A DNA stretch of 64,000 nt from an uncultured Candidatus Saccharibacteria bacterium (GCA_964565685.1 CAZMFR010000004.1:5077-69076); one strand, 5' to 3'. Numbered from the stretch's first letter, positions 36,166 through 47,066 are shown. Made by a program: numbers and translations. The notes: generated by a model from the sequence alone, not told the origin.

Positions 36166-36636
36166 ATGACAATCCTCGGTATAGACCCCGGCTATGATCG
36201 TATCGGCATAGCTATAGTTGAAAAAATCAACGGTCGTAATATCCTGCTTCATTCAGAATGCTTTACTACGAGCTCAAAATTACCTTTTTATGATCGGCTT
36301 GTAAAAATCCAAGATCGGATCTCGGCGATAATTGCTAAATTCAAACCTGATGTGCTTTCTATAGAAACCCTGTTTATCACAAAAAATCAAAAAACCGGCA
36401 TGCGAGTAGCGGAAGCAAGAGGCGCTGTAGCGGTAGCGGCATCAAAAATGGGCATCGAGGTATTTGAGTACTCTCCACCAGAGATAAAAGCGGCGATCAC
36501 TAGCGACGGCAGGAGCGACAAGACACAAATGGTAAAAATGATCCCCATTCTCATAAAAATGAGTCCTGGAAAGCGCCATGATGATGAATATGATGCCATT
36601 GCTGCGGCATTGACCCATTCTGCCAGAAGCCGTTGA
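36166..36636 (+). CDS. ruvC: crossover junction endodeoxyribonuclease RuvC
   Basis: ILGIDPG, EARG, EYSP.EIK, DDEYDAIA. Confidence 0.96.
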   Translation: MTILGIDPGYDRIGIAIVEKINGRNILLHSECFTTSSKLPFYDRLVKIQDRISAIIAKFKPDVLSIETLFITKNQKTGMRVAEARGAVAVAASKMGIEVFEYSPPEIKAAITSDGRSDKTQMVKMIPILIKMSPGKRHDDEYDAIAAALTHSARSR

Positions 36637-36791
36637 TGGTTATCCACAACTAGCCCTTGTCCAATTATTTATATTTGTTACAAAGTACGGACAGAGTTTA
36701 GAAAACCATTAAAATCACATGGGTTGTAGGATATGTTTATTATATCAATCTTACCTTGTGGGCTTTCTAACTTTATGAGCTTATAACTACC

Positions 36792-36992
36792 ATGCCTAAA
36801 AACAAAAAAACCAAGCAACAAAATATTTCAATAAACACAGGAGAACCGATCGAGGAAAAAGATTTGGACATGAATCCTGCGCCAGTATTAGATCCCCTGT
36901 CTGGTCTAGAAGACGATGAAAAAAAAGATGACGATGAATTAGACATAGATGATGATGACATAGATCCATTCAAGGACAAGTGGGAGGAGTAA
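36792..36992 (+). CDS. small acidic protein ending DPFKDKWEE
   Basis: basic N-terminus, Asp/Glu-rich tail. Confidence 0.65.
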   Translation: MPKNKKTKQQNISINTGEPIEEKDLDMNPAPVLDPLSGLEDDEKKDDDELDIDDDDIDPFKDKWEE

Positions 36993-37104
36993 AAGTAAAC
37001 GCAAAGTGTAAATATCAAAATTTAAAATGACAATGAAAAAAATTCAAATCGCAGATATTTTAATCTTTGATTTTCAATTTTAATTTTTACATTGTTTGTC
37101 TTGA

Positions 37105-38364
37105 TCATTGTATTATTGTGTCACTGATTGTTATTGTGATGAACCTCTTTTTTCCAACCCTTACCGTTCCGGTTTCTTCTATTTTGAAGTCATAATCCGA
37201 AACAGTTTCGTTCTTGCCAACATATGAAATAGCATTACCATCTACCAGGCGGCGAAAATCTCCTTTTGACGAAACGATCTTTTCGCGCAACAGGACATCG
37301 ACTAGTTTATCGCCATTTTCTGCCGTGGTCTTGGCGGCATCTTCTGGGATCGCGCCTTCTTTGAATATGGAGAAGAACTGCTCGCGCGCTTGGCTAGATT
37401 TTTCCCTGCCATAGACGTTCGCCACAATTTCCTCGGCCAATCTGGCTTTGAAATCGCGCGGATTAGAGCCGTTCTTCATTTTTTCTTTCATCGACTCTAT
37501 CTCATTCATCGGTACATCGGTTAGAAGCTCAAAACCAGTGGCGATGAGTCCATCCGACCAGCTCATGACCTTGCCGAACATATCAGTGGATGTCTGATCT
37601 AAACTAACCATATTGCCTTCTGTTTTCCCCATTTTCTTGCCGCTTTGATCGACCAGAAGCTTTGTGGTCAAGACGAATTTATCCTTGCCAGACAAAGCTT
37701 TGACCAGATCTCTCCCCGCGAGCATGTTAAAAGTCTGGTCATTGCCGCCGATCTCGCCGTCGACATCCATCGCCACGCTGTCATAACCTTGCATCAATGG
37801 ATATAAAAATTCGTGCAAGTAGACCGGCTTGCCTTCGCTCATCCTCTTTTCGAACATGTCTCTCTTTAACATCTGGTCGACGGTCGTATGCGAAGCCAGC
37901 TTGACCACATCTTCGAAAGAAAGCTTGCCCAACCACTTCGAGTTAAATCTTATTTCCGCTTTGTTGTAGCCACTGAAATCTATAAAATGCCCGGCCTGCT
38001 CTTTGTATTTCTTGCAATTATTCAGGACTTCGGCGCGAGTCAATTGTTTTCTGGCGGCTGTTTTATCCGTAGGGTCGCCTATCATCGCAGTAAAGTCGCC
38101 GATCAGAAAAATTATTTTGTGACCGAGCTTTTGCAGCTGGCCAAGCTTGCGGATCGGTATCACATGACCCAGGTGGATATTCGGCCCGGTCGGGTCGACT
38201 CCTAGATAGACAGTGAGCCGTTCTCCTTTTTTTAAAGAAGACTTGACGGCTTCTATATTCGGGAAAACATTCTCGACCCCACGAGTTAAAAATTCGTTCA
38301 AGGCAGAATCATCGGTAACCGGTTGTTTCCCATTCGACAAAGATTTTCCTTTAAATAAATTCAT
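37105..38364 (-). CDS. tyrS: tyrosine--tRNA ligase
   Basis: GVDPT..HLGH, YPLMQGYD, GGNDQ, KMGKT, S4-like C-terminus. Confidence 0.97.
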   Translation of the reverse strand: MNLFKGKSLSNGKQPVTDDSALNEFLTRGVENVFPNIEAVKSSLKKGERLTVYLGVDPTGPNIHLGHVIPIRKLGQLQKLGHKIIFLIGDFTAMIGDPTDKTAARKQLTRAEVLNNCKKYKEQAGHFIDFSGYNKAEIRFNSKWLGKLSFEDVVKLASHTTVDQMLKRDMFEKRMSEGKPVYLHEFLYPLMQGYDSVAMDVDGEIGGNDQTFNMLAGRDLVKALSGKDKFVLTTKLLVDQSGKKMGKTEGNMVSLDQTSTDMFGKVMSWSDGLIATGFELLTDVPMNEIESMKEKMKNGSNPRDFKARLAEEIVANVYGREKSSQAREQFFSIFKEGAIPEDAAKTTAENGDKLVDVLLREKIVSSKGDFRRLVDGNAISYVGKNETVSDYDFKIEETGTVRVGKKRFITITISDTIIQ

Positions 38365-38424
38365 GCCAATACTTTATCACAGACCGGTTTTTTAGACGAG
38401 AACACAATGTGCTATAATTTTAGA

Positions 38425-41064
38425 ATGTCGTTTAAAAAAAGCGTCTCCCGATGGTGGCACCGTGTGACTCGTATGGAAAAAAGACATTGGAAAGGACTGA
38501 TTTTCAGTGTCTTTTCGCTTGTTCTGATCGTTGGCGGGTTGGTTATAATATGGATTTCTACCTTGCAGATTCCGGATCTATCTTCTTTTGAGACGCGCCA
38601 AATATCTCAATCGACAAAGATATACGACAGAACCGGCACGGTGCTTTTATATGACGTGAATGCTGGTTCAAAGAGGACCGTTGTGCCATTATCATCCATT
38701 TCTCCATACATTCAGGACGCCACCATAGCCATCGAGGACGAAAATTTCTACAGTCATGGTGGCATTGATGTAAAATCAATTTTCCGTGCCTTGTTGACCG
38801 ATTTAACCCACGGAGGAGTAAAGCAGGGAGCTTCAACCATCACTCAACAGGTGATAAAAAACGCTATTTTAACTAGTTCACAGACTTTTACAAGAAAGAT
38901 CGAGGAGGCCATACTCGCCATAAAACTAGAGCATGCGATGACCAAGGATCAGATCCTAGAAACATATCTGAACGAGGCGCCGTATGGTGGAAATATCTAT
39001 GGAGTTGAAGAGGTAAGCGAAACGTTTTTTGGAGTGTCGGCTTCTAGCACAGATATCGCCGAGGCGGCATATCTGGCGGCAGTGCTACAGGCACCGACTT
39101 ATTATTCCCCTTATGGATCGAACAAAAGCGCTCTCGATGCTCGCCAACATTTGGTTTTGGAAAAGATGAAAGAAAATAATTTTATAACCGCTGACCAATA
39201 CAAAGCGGCTATGGCTGAAAACGTCACGTTTTTAGAAAAAAGCTTAAGCGCAATCCGTGCTCCGCACTTTGTGATGTATGTAATCAATGAGCTCATAGAT
39301 CAATATGGCGAGGATATGGTTGAAAACGGCGGATTAAAGGTGACAACGACTCTCAATTACGATATGCAATCGAAGGCGGAAGATGTGATATCGAAGTTCG
39401 CTCCTACATTACAGTCGAATTTTGACGCCAGCAATACTGCTATGGTCGCCATAGACCCAAAAACCGGAGACATCCTGTCGATGGTCGGGTCGAGCAATTA
39501 TTTCGATAGTTCGATCAATGGAAGCTTCAATGTCGCCACCGCATTGCGCCAGCCGGGCTCGACTTTCAAACCGTTTGTCTACGCGACCGCCTTCGAAGAG
39601 GGCTTCACACCCGATACAGAGCTTTGGGATATACCAACCCAATTCTCGCCGCAATGCAATCCTGATGGGACGACAAAAGACCCGAATGCCAGTTCGACAC
39701 AAATATGTTATTCGCCTGCCGAGTATGACAGTACTTATGATGGACCAGTCACGGCACGCTATGCTCTACCACAGTCGAGAAATATCCCTGCTGTGGAGAT
39801 GCTCTATCTCGCTGGCATGAAGCAATCAATAGACACGGCTGAGGCGATGGGTATCACTACACTGACCGACACCTCGAACTATGGTTTGTCTCTCGTTCTT
39901 GGAGGTGGTGACGTCACCTTGCTCGACCTTACTAGCGCCTACGGAGTCTTTGCAAATGACGGCATCAGAAATCCATATAGGTCCATACTAGAAGTCGATG
40001 ACAGCCAGGGTAACATACTCGAACAGGCATCATTGAATCCAATACAAGTCATACCAGCCCAGCAAGCACGACAGATAAACCAGATCCTTTCCGATCAAAC
40101 CAATGGTATGCATAGTATCGACGCCTTGACGGCTCCATTGGATAGACAGATCGCTGTCAAAACAGGCACCACCAACAACTACCGCGACGTTTGGACAATG
40201 GGTTATACACCAGACATCTCTGTCGGTTTCTGGGCTGGGAATAATAACAACGCACCTATGAACGACGCAATTTCTACACTTATAATCACACCTGTTTGGG
40301 CGGCTTTTATGACAGAGATAAATGATTCTGTGCCAAAGAACGATTTTGTCGCTCCAAACCCAGAGCCAACGAATCTAAAACCAACTCTGCGCGGCATTTG
40401 GCAGGGCGGTGCTTCCTATTTCATCGATACTGTCTCTAACAAAGTAGCGACACAGTACACCCCGCAACAAACAACAAAAGAGATAGTCTTCCCGAGCGTA
40501 CACAATCCTCTACAATGGATAGATAAAAGCAATCCACAAGGACCAATCCCGACCGATCCCCAAAATGACCCTCAGTATGCAAATTGGGAGTACTCGGTCA
40601 GACAATGGTTTGCTAACTATCAAAAAACCCACCCAGAATTTGTCGAGACAAATGATTTCACTGCGCCAACAGCCACAGATGACGTCCATGTGCCAGCAAA
40701 TTTTCCTGTCGTATCGATAGTTTCTCCGTCAAGCGGAACAGACATCGATCCGGATAGCCGCGTGACTGTCTCCATAAGCACAACGGGGCCATATCCCATA
40801 CAAAAAGCGGATCTGTATATAAACGGGAATTATATTACCTCTAACACCATATCACCATTTAACATGAGCTTTACCCCAAATGATATCTCCGGCATACAGC
40901 AAAATAATTCATTAGAAGTCCTAGTGCACGATTCTGTTTTTGACCAAGGATCGGCCACAACGACTTTCGCAATCATACCAATGTCAAACACAAGTCAGAA
41001 CAGCCAGATTGATCAGAGTTCGACAACAGAAGACCAAGGATCTAGCACAAACAATAATATATAA
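38425..41064 (+). CDS. class A penicillin-binding protein with C-terminal Ig-like domain
   Basis: IEDENFY, GASTITQQ, RKIEE; SxxK (STFK), SRN, KTGT. Confidence 0.95.
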   Translation: MSFKKSVSRWWHRVTRMEKRHWKGLIFSVFSLVLIVGGLVIIWISTLQIPDLSSFETRQISQSTKIYDRTGTVLLYDVNAGSKRTVVPLSSISPYIQDATIAIEDENFYSHGGIDVKSIFRALLTDLTHGGVKQGASTITQQVIKNAILTSSQTFTRKIEEAILAIKLEHAMTKDQILETYLNEAPYGGNIYGVEEVSETFFGVSASSTDIAEAAYLAAVLQAPTYYSPYGSNKSALDARQHLVLEKMKENNFITADQYKAAMAENVTFLEKSLSAIRAPHFVMYVINELIDQYGEDMVENGGLKVTTTLNYDMQSKAEDVISKFAPTLQSNFDASNTAMVAIDPKTGDILSMVGSSNYFDSSINGSFNVATALRQPGSTFKPFVYATAFEEGFTPDTELWDIPTQFSPQCNPDGTTKDPNASSTQICYSPAEYDSTYDGPVTARYALPQSRNIPAVEMLYLAGMKQSIDTAEAMGITTLTDTSNYGLSLVLGGGDVTLLDLTSAYGVFANDGIRNPYRSILEVDDSQGNILEQASLNPIQVIPAQQARQINQILSDQTNGMHSIDALTAPLDRQIAVKTGTTNNYRDVWTMGYTPDISVGFWAGNNNNAPMNDAISTLIITPVWAAFMTEINDSVPKNDFVAPNPEPTNLKPTLRGIWQGGASYFIDTVSNKVATQYTPQQTTKEIVFPSVHNPLQWIDKSNPQGPIPTDPQNDPQYANWEYSVRQWFANYQKTHPEFVETNDFTAPTATDDVHVPANFPVVSIVSPSSGTDIDPDSRVTVSISTTGPYPIQKADLYINGNYITSNTISPFNMSFTPNDISGIQQNNSLEVLVHDSVFDQGSATTTFAIIPMSNTSQNSQIDQSSTTEDQGSSTNNNI

Positions 41065-41115
41065 TCACATATAGATATATATGTCGTTGTATTTTTAACT
41101 GTTTGTTTTCTATTA

Positions 41116-41370
41116 TCACCTTATATCAAAAACCTTTCTCGTTGTCTTCTCTCTAATTTTTTCTAAAAGCGCTTCTTTTTTAAGGAGAACAGCGCTTTTC
41201 ACAGCGGGCGATATCCTCAAGAATATCGAGTTGCTCGAGTATGATATTGATAGAGGGTCTAGCTCGAATCTCAAAACCTCTCTGAACGAATCGGCTACAG
41301 CGGTACGAAAAACTATCTCTTCCAGCTCCTTGCTTTTCCATCTTGTAAAAAAAGAGCTTATTCCTATCAT
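41116..41370 (-). CDS. DciA/DUF721-like helicase-loader domain protein (putative)
   Basis: small alpha/beta ORF, SPAVKSAVLLKKEALL...DIR pattern, downstream of dnaN. Confidence 0.55.
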   Translation of the reverse strand: MIGISSFFTRWKSKELEEIVFRTAVADSFREVLRFELDPLSISYSSNSIFLRISPAVKSAVLLKKEALLEKIREKTTRKVFDIR

Positions 41371-41540
41371 AGTGTTTGTTTTTTATTATAAATAAATCGC
41401 GAGAATAAAAACTATGACTATCCTGATTTAATTTTAATATTAGGTGTCAGAACTCTTGACTCACTGTGTCTATCCATGCCTGTCGGCAGATAGACAGCAA
41501 GCATGCGGTAGGCATGGCACTTTCGACTTTTGATTTATTA

Positions 41541-42644
41541 TCACCTATTCATCGGCATGACTAGGTATCTAAATGACTGATCAGAGTTTGGTGTGATCAG
41601 AAGCGGCTTGTTCATACCGCCGAAATGCAACGATACACTGTCAGAGTCGATGGACTGCAGACAATCGCTGATGTATTTTTGATTAAAGTTTATCGTCAGC
41701 TTCTCTCCTGTTATAGCCGCGTCAATAGCAGTGGTGTTTTCTCCGATATCGCTGTTTTTTGTCGATAATTCGAATTTTTTCTCTGATGGATTGATTGAAA
41801 AATTGCTTTGATTGAATTTGTCTGAAAAAACATGAGATATCTTCAAGGCATTCATGATGTCTTGTTTTAAACAGACAATCTCAGTGCTATATGACTTTGG
41901 AATAATCTGTTTATAATCTGGAAAAACACCGTCAATGATTCTGGAAACAAGATATGTGTTCTCAAAGGAAAAAGAAATCTGGTTTTTATCTAGATTAACC
42001 TCTACTTGACCTGTGTTTTCAAGGATTCTTATTATTTCTGGGACTGATGAAAAAGGTATTAGGATACCGCCGAAATCCTTTGTTTTTTTCATTTGGATCT
42101 TTTTTTCTGCCAATCTAAACGAATCAGTAGCGGCAAAAACGACGAATTCTCCGTCACAATTCACATAAACACTCGATAGCTCAGGTTTTACAGATGAAAC
42201 CGATGAGCTGTACCAAACCGACTTTAATCCTTTAACAAAATCTGATCCTTGGATGGAAAAAGTGTTTTTTGATTGAGAATGAGGAATGATCGGAAAATCG
42301 TCTTTTGGTATTGTTTTTATAGATCCTACTGCAGAACCAGCGACTATTTTTACGATACCATCATTAGTTTCGACTTTTACAGCTTTGTTCGAATCTGGAA
42401 TATTAGAAAGAAATGCTGATATAACTCCAGCTGGGATAGCACATGAACCAGCTTCCTCTATTTTTGCTGGTATGATCATTTCAAAACCGAGATTAAGATC
42501 TGTCGATTTTATTATAATAGAGTTTTTGTCTATCGTCTCAAAAAGCAGACAGGATAAAATCGGCATAGTCGATTGGCGTTTTATAATTCTTTCTGCTGTG
42601 GATATCGCTAATTTTATTTTATTGTGAACAGTTTCTATTTTCAT
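41541..42644 (-). CDS. dnaN: DNA polymerase III beta clamp
   Basis: STDL, ATDSFRLAE, GVFPDYKQIIP, YLVMPM. Confidence 0.97.
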   Translation of the reverse strand: MKIETVHNKIKLAISTAERIIKRQSTMPILSCLLFETIDKNSIIIKSTDLNLGFEMIIPAKIEEAGSCAIPAGVISAFLSNIPDSNKAVKVETNDGIVKIVAGSAVGSIKTIPKDDFPIIPHSQSKNTFSIQGSDFVKGLKSVWYSSSVSSVKPELSSVYVNCDGEFVVFAATDSFRLAEKKIQMKKTKDFGGILIPFSSVPEIIRILENTGQVEVNLDKNQISFSFENTYLVSRIIDGVFPDYKQIIPKSYSTEIVCLKQDIMNALKISHVFSDKFNQSNFSINPSEKKFELSTKNSDIGENTTAIDAAITGEKLTINFNQKYISDCLQSIDSDSVSLHFGGMNKPLLITPNSDQSFRYLVMPMNR

Positions 42645-42880
42645 GTTTATATAATACTTATTATTACTATTATGATTGTGGATATGTTGATAAGTCCATT
42701 ATATTATTATTTGTAGCCATTGTTTTTGATATGACGGTGTTGATTAATATCTGAATACTTTTTATAAATATATATTTGTTTTTATTTTTTTATAAATAAG
42801 CTTTTTTATCTACACTCGAGCACTTTTTAATCACTGGTTTTCAACAACATTTCACCAAACATACGCAATGAGTTATCTAC
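42645..42880. other. oriC part 1 (dnaA-dnaN intergenic): DnaA boxes and AT-rich DUE-like tract
   Basis: TGTGGATAT, TGTTGATAA, TTATCTACA twice, TTTTCAACA; very AT-rich stretch at about 42755-42810. Confidence 0.75.
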
Positions 42881-44223
42881 ATCATGGCGCGTATTTGTGA
42901 AAGCTCTTGGAGAAGGATAGGATTTGTCTTTAACTCGTTTTTTATCTTCTCACAAGAATGAATCACAGTGGTGTGGTCTCGACCGCCGAGCTTTTCCCCT
43001 ATAGATGGGAAAGAAATATTCAGATCTTCCCGTAAAATATACATTATCACCTGTCTCGGTTTCACAACTTCTTTTTTACGAGTTTTATTATATATGATGT
43101 CCTCGCTTATATTGTAAAATTCAGCTATTGTTTTTACAACGTCTTTTACTGAAACGTTCTTCTTTGGTTTTGCGCTGTTTTTTAGAAGGTTTTTTATTTC
43201 CATAGCAGAAAGAACGCGCTCTTTTAGCTGGGTTTGGCACACAATGGTGTTTATGGCGCCTTCTAGCTCTCTGATGTTAGGATTTATTGAATCTGTCAGG
43301 AATTGAATGATCTCATCATTGAGCGATATGTTGTTTGTCAGACATTTGGCTTTTAGTATAGCCATTCTAGACTCTCTATCCGGTTCAGGTATGTCGACGA
43401 TCATACCGGAGGTAAATCGATTCCTGAGGCGTTCCTGGATGCCTGGTATGAAATTCACATGCCTATCTGATGAAAAAACCAGTTGTCTGTCGGTGTCCTT
43501 GAACGTGTTGAACAGATGGAACATCTCTTCTTGGGATTTTTCTGTGCTGGAGAAAAACTGGATATCATCCATGATGATGACGTCGTATTTTCTGTACTTT
43601 TCCTTGAACTGGTTTGCTTTGTTATTTTGGACGGAAGCGATATATTCCATCACAAAACGCTCTGAGGTCAGATAAAAGACTTTTTTACCAGGAAAATCCT
43701 TTTTTATATGGTTCCCCACTGCCTGCATGAGGTGTGTTTTTCCGACGCCGGTCGGTCCGTACACAAACAGCGGGTTGTATGATTTGCCAGGAGTCTTGAC
43801 CACCGATCTTGCGGCAGCATGGGCGAGCTCGTTGAACGGTCCGACCACAAAAGAATCAAAAGTATACCGCGGGTTCAGATTATCGTCCTTGTTTATATAA
43901 AAATCATGCAAAGGCATGCTGATCGTTGCCTGTGGGGCCGGTTTTCTCTGATCTGATGATTTTTTGTCCTCAGTTTCCTTTGTGATGATGTACTCTAAAG
44001 ATCTGATCGAAGAGTTCGCCTGGCGGAAAGAGCGCAAAATGGTGTTGTGGTATTTTTTATACAGCCATTCTTGGACAAAATTGTTCGGTACGGCCAGAAA
44101 AACAGTGCCGTCTTCCTGGCGCAACACATTGACTTCCTTGAACCACATAGAATATGTCGATTGCGACACTGAGAGCTCTATATCGAGAAGCGCCCGCTCC
44201 CAAATTTGTTGTAATTCGTTCAT
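42877..44223 (-). CDS. dnaA: chromosomal replication initiator DnaA
   Basis: LNPRYTF, YNPLFVYGPTGVGKTHL, DDIQF, NIRELEGA, GGRDHTTVIH. Confidence 0.98.
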   Translation of the reverse strand: MNELQQIWERALLDIELSVSQSTYSMWFKEVNVLRQEDGTVFLAVPNNFVQEWLYKKYHNTILRSFRQANSSIRSLEYIITKETEDKKSSDQRKPAPQATISMPLHDFYINKDDNLNPRYTFDSFVVGPFNELAHAAARSVVKTPGKSYNPLFVYGPTGVGKTHLMQAVGNHIKKDFPGKKVFYLTSERFVMEYIASVQNNKANQFKEKYRKYDVIIMDDIQFFSSTEKSQEEMFHLFNTFKDTDRQLVFSSDRHVNFIPGIQERLRNRFTSGMIVDIPEPDRESRMAILKAKCLTNNISLNDEIIQFLTDSINPNIRELEGAINTIVCQTQLKERVLSAMEIKNLLKNSAKPKKNVSVKDVVKTIAEFYNISEDIIYNKTRKKEVVKPRQVIMYILREDLNISFPSIGEKLGGRDHTTVIHSCEKIKNELKTNPILLQELSQIRAMM

Positions 44224-44468
44224 GAAATAAAATTATTAAACCGATTTAAATTAAAAAATAAATACGCTATCAGTATACGCCTGTTTATAAAATAGCAAAC
44301 TTGTGGAAAACATACATATATGTTGATAAGTTGTGGATTATTTCTCTACTAGGCATCATTATTGAAAATAATTCAAGTTGAATTTTTGCGACCGCGGTGA
44401 TCAGGGTAAAAACTTGTGTTTTTGTGCGTCATGCTCTATAGTGTTCATGACTCTATATAAATAAATCG
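44224..44468. other. oriC part 2 (dnaA-rpmH intergenic) with DnaA boxes
   Basis: TGTGGAAAA, TGTTGATAA and TGTGGATTA clustered at about 44302-44341. Confidence 0.7.
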
Positions 44469-44603
44469 ATGTCATTCACCTATAATCCAAAAAAGAGAAA
44501 GCGCGCCCGTTCCCATGGTTTTAGAGAAAGGGTAAAAACAACAGCCGGCAAGAACGTCATAAAGCGCCGTCGCGCAAAAGGCCGCCGTAGATTGGTAGTA
44601 TAA
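44469..44603 (+). CDS. rpmH: 50S ribosomal protein L34 (not in the ORF track)
   Basis: [44 protein letters not shown]; between dnaA and rnpA. Confidence 0.96.
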   Translation: MSFTYNPKKRKRARSHGFRERVKTTAGKNVIKRRRAKGRRRLVV

Positions 44604-44612
44604 TCACGCGCC

Positions 44613-44948
44613 ATGCTCGCAAAGCATAATCGGCTTCTAGTAAAGGATTTCGATCTGGTCATCAAATCTGGACGAGAAACCTACTCGCCATTTTTCTCGA
44701 TCAAATATGTGCCTGCTGCCACCCTTAAATTTTCTCCTGTGGCACCCAAAAAGATATTTAAAACAGCCGTTTCAAGAAATCGTGCCCGCCGTAGGGTATA
44801 CGCCGCTGTCAGAGAGATCCTTTTTTCTAAAAAGATTGACCGATTCTCTATTGTGCTTTTTTTGAAAAGAGATATTAGCGATATCGATAACCAGCATCTA
44901 ATTAGCGCTATCAGAGATCTATTTGTGCAAGCGCGCCTAATAAAGTAA
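44613..44948 (+). CDS. rnpA: ribonuclease P protein component
   Basis: MLAKHNRL, KTAVSRNRARRR; synteny. Confidence 0.92.
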   Translation: MLAKHNRLLVKDFDLVIKSGRETYSPFFSIKYVPAATLKFSPVAPKKIFKTAVSRNRARRRVYAAVREILFSKKIDRFSIVLFLKRDISDIDNQHLISAIRDLFVQARLIK

Positions 44949-44957
44949 AATACACCC

Positions 44958-45701
44958 ATGTTTTCTTCGATAGCCCATTTATATAATATTGTCATTTATA
45001 TTCCGTTGTACAACGGCTTAATCTGGCTCATAGATATCTTTCCATGGATGGATGTTGGCGTCGCTATCATTGCTTTTACCATCATCATCCGGCTTGTCCT
45101 GTTCCCTCTTTCAAAAAAATCGATAAAAACACAGATCAGAATGCGTGAAATACAGCCGGAAATAGCCGCTGTACAGAAAAAATACACAAACAAGCAGGAG
45201 CAGATGCAAAGGACGATGGAACTGTACAAAAAGCACGGTATTCGTCCATTGGCTGGCTCGCTCGTGCTATTTATTCAATTGCCGATCCTCCTCGGTCTGT
45301 ATTATGTCTTTGCCAGATCTGGTTTGCCGACTATAAATACGAGCATTCTATACTCATTCATCCGTATCCCTACGATAAACATGAATTTTATCGGTCTTCT
45401 CGATATGTCAAAGATAAGCATAATCATGGCAGCTATCGCCGCCCTGTCGCAATACCTACAGTTGAGATTTTCTCTTGCCTCTCAGCCGCAGCCGACCGTA
45501 GAAGGCGTTAGTAATCCTGCCGCCGCTATGACAAAGCAGATGCGATATCTGATGCCGGTCATGATTTTTATTCTGGCATTTCGTTTCCCCGCAGCCATAT
45601 CTCTGTATTGGGCGATCGGAAATCTTTTTATGTTGGGGCAAGAACTATTCGTCAGGTTTCATCACGAAAAGGACAAGAGGAGGGCGATAGGGCTTGCTTA
45701 G
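44958..45701 (+). CDS. yidC: membrane protein insertase YidC/Oxa1
   Basis: IRLVLFPL, IQPEI, IQLPIL, SLYW; synteny. Confidence 0.93.
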   Translation: MFSSIAHLYNIVIYIPLYNGLIWLIDIFPWMDVGVAIIAFTIIIRLVLFPLSKKSIKTQIRMREIQPEIAAVQKKYTNKQEQMQRTMELYKKHGIRPLAGSLVLFIQLPILLGLYYVFARSGLPTINTSILYSFIRIPTINMNFIGLLDMSKISIIMAAIAALSQYLQLRFSLASQPQPTVEGVSNPAAAMTKQMRYLMPVMIFILAFRFPAAISLYWAIGNLFMLGQELFVRFHHEKDKRRAIGLA

Positions 45702-47056
45702 TTTTGGTTTAAGTCTACAGACCACAGAGACAAGTCTTTTTTATTGACGAAGTACAAGAAACGTTCAGACTGGTCTAGAGCCAGCCATTCTGCGTCGATA
45801 GGCGTATTTGCGTCCTTCGTCAAATCGGAGACCATATGGACAGAACCGGTGTCGGTGTCTATTTCCAAAATACGGTCTATTGTGGAAGCGGTTCCTTCAT
45901 ACCAGGCATCAGGATAGCCGCCGACTGGCACAGATGTCGGCACAGCACAGAAAAGGTCTAGTGGGTTCTGCTTGCTCCAAACGCATTTATCTGCCAGAGT
46001 GACGAATGGCAAGTCTTGGCTAGATGATGTTTTTATATTGTAAAGCGAAGTCACCAAATTTCCAGAAGACGACAAGTCTGAGTACAGGATGATTTGTGCT
46101 GATGGGTTTGGTAAGACAGATAAACCCGCTACACCGCCCAAAACCTCGCTCATGTTGCCTGTTTTAACGTTGATTGAATATAGATATCCATTCGAGCCGG
46201 CAGATGCCCTCGTAGACATCATAAGGGTGCTCGCCGTAGGCCAGAAGGCATTTACTTGATCCAGCGGAGTGCTGAAGATTTGGTTTGACCCACTGCCATC
46301 GAGATTTGAAATGAAGCCGACACCATTTCCATTGACATTTTCGATGGTGAAAAGTTGATTGCCTTTCGGTGAAACCGCAGCAGAGATTATGTTTCCGGGG
46401 AAATAAGTGCCGCGCAACTCAAAAGGCGTTTGACCTAGGGTTTGTTGGGTTGTTTGTTGGATCGGCTGGATCGGTATGCTCGTTGTGGCGGTGCTGGTTC
46501 CCACCTGTTTGTTGTTTGTTTTTTTGGTGGACGATGAGGTATCTATTGGAGCGGCAGTAGATTTTAATTGAACATAGAAATTCGTTATGTTATCACCCCC
46601 CTCTTTTATGTATCTGAAGACTCCCGACATCGCATTTCCATTCCAATAGCTATCATAGACAAGAGGGACTGTTGTATTCGAGATGTTGATCGGCGTTGCT
46701 GAAGCGACGTTCATATCATATATATAACCTGTGCCACGGTCGACAAAGCGCACAAAGGTGCTAGATGCTGTCGTCGAAGCTACAAAACCGCCTATTGGTG
46801 TCGGCCAAATCTCGCGGACTTTTGGCCACCGGAAAGCTTGTTGCCCGTTAGCTGTGCTACTACCTGTTCCACTTGTCCCATTATTCGAGCCATTGTTATT
46901 GGCTGTCCCACTCGAACCAAACGGGCTAAAGGAATTTTGTCCGTTTACAGAGTTCCCCGTTGTTGGTTTGTTTAGATAAAAGAAGAAATAGGCAAATCCA
47001 CCGAGTATCGCCAGTATCAGGATGATTATTATGCTGTATGAAAGTTTGCGGGACAT
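45698..47056 (-). CDS. membrane-anchored beta-propeller-like extracellular protein, end of the secretion cluster
   Basis: N-terminal TM, low-complexity linker, TLADKCVW, PDAWYEG, LYFVNKKDLSLW. Confidence 0.7.
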   Translation of the reverse strand: MSRKLSYSIIIILILAILGGFAYFFFYLNKPTTGNSVNGQNSFSPFGSSGTANNNGSNNGTSGTGSSTANGQQAFRWPKVREIWPTPIGGFVASTTASSTFVRFVDRGTGYIYDMNVASATPINISNTTVPLVYDSYWNGNAMSGVFRYIKEGGDNITNFYVQLKSTAAPIDTSSSTKKTNNKQVGTSTATTSIPIQPIQQTTQQTLGQTPFELRGTYFPGNIISAAVSPKGNQLFTIENVNGNGVGFISNLDGSGSNQIFSTPLDQVNAFWPTASTLMMSTRASAGSNGYLYSINVKTGNMSEVLGGVAGLSVLPNPSAQIILYSDLSSSGNLVTSLYNIKTSSSQDLPFVTLADKCVWSKQNPLDLFCAVPTSVPVGGYPDAWYEGTASTIDRILEIDTDTGSVHMVSDLTKDANTPIDAEWLALDQSERFLYFVNKKDLSLWSVDLNQN

Positions 47057-47066
47057 GGTTTATTTA

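Noticed and set aside
41455-41530. Degenerate CCTGCC/GGCAG palindromic repeats (also near 15065 and 61555)
   Set aside because: Too degenerate to define by eye; a genome-wide alignment is needed
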